The notes beneath the pieces are model-generated. The model saw only the letters and a list, made by a program, of their open reading frames with translations, made no database searches and was not told the DNA's origin. A stretch of DNA of 64,000 bases from Roseiflexus sp. (lineage in GTDB: Bacteria > Chloroflexota > Chloroflexia > Chloroflexales > Roseiflexaceae). The stretch covers positions 263 through 64,262 of the forward strand of contig DAOUBK010000101.1 of the NCBI GenBank assembly GCA_034432635.1, in the 5' to 3' direction. Below, piece by piece: positions 60,933 to 64,000 of the stretch. The number at the start of each line of letters is the position of its first letter. The first letter of the stretch is position 1. The position numbers and the translations under genes were made by a program.

Positions 60933-62669
60933 TCACCCCGCTGCAAAAACAAGAATGACAACAATCAATGCAAAAACGACCACTGCCAGATAGTAACGGC
61001 GCCCCAACACTGCCAGCCTCTGCCGGATCAGCAGTGCAGCCCGCCCCAGTCCGGTCTGCATCGTTTCGGGCGCTGCGGGTGCTGCAAGCCACACCAGCCC
61101 GTACAACGCCGTGCCGGTTGTGTCCGGGGTCAATACCGCTGTCAGAGGCTCTTCCGTCGGTGGTGCGCGACGCTGCCGGACGCGACGCAGCGCTACTGGC
61201 GCTGTAATTACGAGCAGCGCAGCGATCATTGCAGCGATCGATCCCGGCAATGACGGAAACCGGGGTATCGCCGTAAGCGGTGCAAACTGCGCCGGAATTG
61301 CCGCCAGCGCCACGTCCCATACTGCACGGGGAGCGGCGCCCATGAGCGCCAGCAATGCGCCCACCAGCGCAGGCAGTGTGTCGCCCGGATGGGCGCGCCA
61401 TTGCGACCGGGAAAACCCTGCCGCCTGCCAGAAGCGCACCAGCGGCGCCAGCATCACCAGCGCCAGCAGACTGCTCCCCGCAAGCAACAGCGCCACCGCC
61501 CATGGCGCAGAGCGCTGCATCGCATCGAACAACCAGAGCCGCGTCCAGAATCCCCAGGCGCCGGGGATGCCCACTACCGAAGATGCTGATACAATCAGCC
61601 CCACGAATGCAACATGCAACGCACTATCGGGATGCCGGGTAAGCGCAGTCACATCATCGGCGCCGCTCCGACGCTCGAGTGCAGCAATACTTAACCCCAG
61701 CCCCAGAGTCGAGATCAGCGCATTGATCGCCAGGGCGGGCGCCACGTGCAAGAAGGCGCCCTCGCCGCTTCCGGCGCAAACGATGATCAGCGCAACCTGA
61801 GCGCTCAGCTGCGCCGCTGCCGTCTGACGCAACGAGTGCGTCCACAATGCGCGTGCAGCCGCCAGCACAAACGCCAGGACGCCGATGACCACGATGATGA
61901 TCAGGTGCGTCTCTTCCAGTAGCGCTAGATAGTCCGGCAGCAACCGCAACGATGCAGCCATCCCGATCAGCGGCAGACCAAACGGCGCCACGACAGCCAG
62001 CGGCGCCGGCGCCTGATACACCGCAGCAAGCGATCCAAACGCTGGTGGGAGACCGCAGAGCGTCCAGGCGTATATCAGGATGCCTGCAACCATTAGGATA
62101 GGCGCACCCGACGCCGCACCGGTACCGTCGTTCAGCAGCCCTGCCACGAGAAACAACGCCGCCGCGCTGCCAGACAGCGCCAGAATGAGTGGCGCATCCG
62201 ATCCCGGCAGCACACTGCTGGATCGCAGTGCAACGAACCATGCCACACCGACGGCAACCGGCGCGAACGCCAGCACTGGCAGCGTCGGACTGCACGCGCC
62301 GATTGCGGCGACGCCCGGAACAACGATCAGAGCTGCAAACAACCTGCCAAAACCACGTAGATCGGGAGGGATCGCCAGCGCCGATCCCAGCAGAGCGAAT
62401 GCGCCGCCGATCAACGCCATCAACGCCAGGAGCCACCCCAGCGGATCGATGACCAGCGTGATCCGAAACGATACATTACTCCACTGCAACCAGGTGTGGT
62501 CAACCACCATCGGCAGCAATCCCTGAAGGCGCGCAACAATCATCAGGATAGCGCCGAAAAACAACGTACCGGCAGCGCCCAGCCCTATCAGGCGTGCGGT
62601 AACCAAACGATCCAACGCCAGACAGACAACCGCACCGATCAGAGGTAGCATGAGCGCTAATGGAACCAT
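60933..62669 (-). CDS. Degenerate NuoL/HyfB-type antiporter-like subunit
   Basis: The N-terminal block RITLVIDPLGWLLALMALIGGAFALLG resembles the NuoL-type l-x-l-D-x-L-S region. The WLP-x-A-x-E-x-P-x-P-V-S motif is degenerate (GLPPAFGSLAAVYQAPAPLAVV). ATG 62669 lies 4 nt after the large-subunit stop; a GTG at 62696 would overlap it. Confidence 0.5.
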   Translation of the reverse strand: MVPLALMLPLIGAVVCLALDRLVTARLIGLGAAGTLFFGAILMIVARLQGLLPMVVDHTWLQWSNVSFRITLVIDPLGWLLALMALIGGAFALLGSALAIPPDLRGFGRLFAALIVVPGVAAIGACSPTLPVLAFAPVAVGVAWFVALRSSSVLPGSDAPLILALSGSAAALFLVAGLLNDGTGAASGAPILMVAGILIYAWTLCGLPPAFGSLAAVYQAPAPLAVVAPFGLPLIGMAASLRLLPDYLALLEETHLIIIVVIGVLAFVLAAARALWTHSLRQTAAAQLSAQVALIIVCAGSGEGAFLHVAPALAINALISTLGLGLSIAALERRSGADDVTALTRHPDSALHVAFVGLIVSASSVVGIPGAWGFWTRLWLFDAMQRSAPWAVALLLAGSSLLALVMLAPLVRFWQAAGFSRSQWRAHPGDTLPALVGALLALMGAAPRAVWDVALAAIPAQFAPLTAIPRFPSLPGSIAAMIAALLVITAPVALRRVRQRRAPPTEEPLTAVLTPDTTGTALYGLVWLAAPAAPETMQTGLGRAALLIRQRLAVLGRRYYLAVVVFALIVVILVFAAG

Positions 62670-62673
62670 AAGC

Positions 62674-63750
62674 CTATTGCTCGGCGCAGGCGACACACAT
62701 AGCGAGCGACGCCAGAATTGCGATTACATCGTCCAGTTGCGCCCGGCTCAACAGTGTGCGCGCCAGCAGTCGATCACACTGACGCGGCGTATCGATCTGC
62801 ACCCGCGTCAATCGCACGCCATCGCTCTCGAGGGTATAGTGAATAGCGCCACGAGGACCCTCCACAACCGAGGAGGATTGACCACGCGGCAGTTCGTGCG
62901 GTAGTTCGACGATCGGGTCTTCTTCGGGGAGACGTTGCAGCGCAGACTCGACGAGTTTGACACCTTCATACGCTTCCAGCAAGAGCACCAGTAGACGCGC
63001 GTATACATCGCCGCCTTCCTGAATGATCGGATGTACGTCGAGCATACTGTACGCTGCGTAGGGTTGATCAACACGGACATCGCGACGAATGCCGGAAGCT
63101 CGCGCCAGCGGACCACGCACACCGAACTGCTCGGCTGCTGCGCGTGGCAGCGTCCCGACCTCAACAGTACGTGTGAGCAGGAAACGTTGATCGATGAGGC
63201 GATCAATGAAGCGATAAAGGCCGGCGCTCATCCCCGGCGACATTGTCAGCAACGCCTGCCGGTCAACCGGCGTCAGGTCGCGCAACAGACCACCCGGTAC
63301 GCAGACCGGCGGCGGAATGCGACCACCGGTGATCAGCGCCAGCATATCACGGAACTGCTGACAGGCATGATCGAGAAAAAGGCTGCGCTGCTCCAGACCA
63401 ATTGCGCGTAACACCGCGCTCGCCGCACGGATATGAGCAGCCGTCCGCTCCAGCTCTGCGATTGCAACCCGGATCAATGCAGCGCGCACCCCCACGCTTC
63501 GCTGTTGCAGCTGCTCGATCGCCTGACAGAACGCCAGTGAATGGGCAAAGGAGCACTCACCGCAAATCCGCGCAACCAGGTGCAGCGCATCGGGCAGAGA
63601 CAACCGTGGTAATCGCTCAGCGCAACCGCGCTCGTTGAACCCGTTCTGATACTCGACATCGACGACGCGATCGTCGACAATGCGCAGAATGAAGCGCTGC
63701 GGACCAGACAAGGCAGGGTGGAAAGGTCCCAGCGCCAGCGAGTATGACAC
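62674..63750 (-). CDS. Group-4 [NiFe]-hydrogenase large-subunit / NuoD homolog retaining both CxxC ligand pairs
   Basis: LGPFHPALSGPQRFILRIVDDRVVDVEYQNGFNERG is the GP-x-HP...G-x-x-x-RG block. RICGECSFAH lies at 63541-63570. The C-terminus is LAMCVACAEQ-stop, with Cys codons at 62695-62697 and 62686-62688. Length is 358 aa, Ech-like. Confidence 0.8.
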   Translation of the reverse strand: MSYSLALGPFHPALSGPQRFILRIVDDRVVDVEYQNGFNERGCAERLPRLSLPDALHLVARICGECSFAHSLAFCQAIEQLQQRSVGVRAALIRVAIAELERTAAHIRAASAVLRAIGLEQRSLFLDHACQQFRDMLALITGGRIPPPVCVPGGLLRDLTPVDRQALLTMSPGMSAGLYRFIDRLIDQRFLLTRTVEVGTLPRAAAEQFGVRGPLARASGIRRDVRVDQPYAAYSMLDVHPIIQEGGDVYARLLVLLLEAYEGVKLVESALQRLPEEDPIVELPHELPRGQSSSVVEGPRGAIHYTLESDGVRLTRVQIDTPRQCDRLLARTLLSRAQLDDVIAILASLAMCVACAEQ

Positions 63751-63844
63751 GCCTGCACTCCTTCATATGCATCGGGCGCGCATTATACCACGTTATGCGG
63801 CGTGTCATAACAACCGGCGTGACAATCCGTTACACAACGATCAA

Positions 63845-64000
63845 TCAGGACATCACCGGCGTTATCTCAAGAAAGATCGGCGTTGCGCGCCGCAATTTCC
63901 AGAGAGCGGCAAACATCTGGAACATCACCCCATATTTCTTTGCCAGCGCGCGACGCGCGGCTTCTCCTTCAGAAGGAGCAAGGATACGCGCCTGCGCCTC
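63845..64000 (-). CDS. 3' end of a gene running off the window; possibly a PPOX/split-barrel flavin- or F420-binding protein
   Basis: The frame is open from 64000 to the TGA at 63845-63847: EAQARILAPSEGEAARRALAKKYGVMFQMFAALWKLRRATPIFLEITPVMS. It resembles C-termini of the pyridoxamine-5'-phosphate-oxidase-like family. The call is weak. Confidence 0.3.
   Translation of the reverse strand, partial: EAQARILAPSEGEAARRALAKKYGVMFQMFAALWKLRRATPIFLEITPVMS

Noticed and set aside
1-64000. CRISPR arrays, tRNA, rRNA and tmRNA genes.
   Set aside because: No regularly spaced repeats of 24-40 nt were seen, and the only tandem repeats are 7-nt units. The intergenic regions were read by eye and none showed a tRNA-like acceptor/T-arm pattern (for example GGTTCGAATCC-type). 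This visual scan is not exhaustive, and tRNAscan or Infernal should confirm it.

Overview
GC-rich (not computed) chromosomal segment. The gene content includes a CrtL-type lycopene cyclase, many GT-C envelope glycosyltransferases, Uma2 and TnpB debris, and a bacterial terpene cyclase. This looks like a filamentous Chloroflexota genome (Roseiflexus/Chloroflexus-like), but that is inference only. No rRNA, tRNA or CRISPR array was recognised. Blocks from left to right: (1) 1-13.1 kb holds housekeeping and envelope genes (GT4, serine hydrolase, RluA, lytic transglycosylase, lycopene cyclase, M29 aminopeptidase, YvcK), interrupted by a decaying solo TnpB and a Uma2 pseudogene. (2) 13.3-14.3 kb is an AT-richer class I terpene synthase. 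(3) 14.3-19.5 kb is a minus-strand operon of hexose-phosphate mutase, an inactive mutase paralog, a membrane YvcK/CofD-like protein and a GlmU-like nucleotidyltransferase. (4) 19.6-33.1 kb is an envelope glycan block: an O-antigen-ligase-like protein, a membrane-anchored clan-A glycosidase, a hybrid histidine kinase whose phospho-acceptor His is Tyr, and three tandem GT-C paralogs. (5) 33.1-47.6 kb is a GntR-controlled sugar-type catabolic island with a CUT1-type ABC importer and two near-identical divergent promoter-operator modules. (6) 48.3-54.8 kb holds ArsR, a GT-C-like membrane protein, a 1422-aa double-cyclase/AAA/TPR STAND protein and a coupled 72-aa NHLP/Nif11-like small protein. (7) 54.9-55.6 kb is a tyrosine-recombinase remnant with repeats. 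(8) 55.6-63.75 kb holds an ABC ATPase/permease pair behind a six-gene group-4 [NiFe]-hydrogenase/complex-I-like module. That module keeps the Ni-Fe cysteines but has no NuoC/NuoI-type genes. I consider blocks 8 and 6 the best candidates for something undescribed. All functional calls come from motif recognition by eye; no database search was possible.
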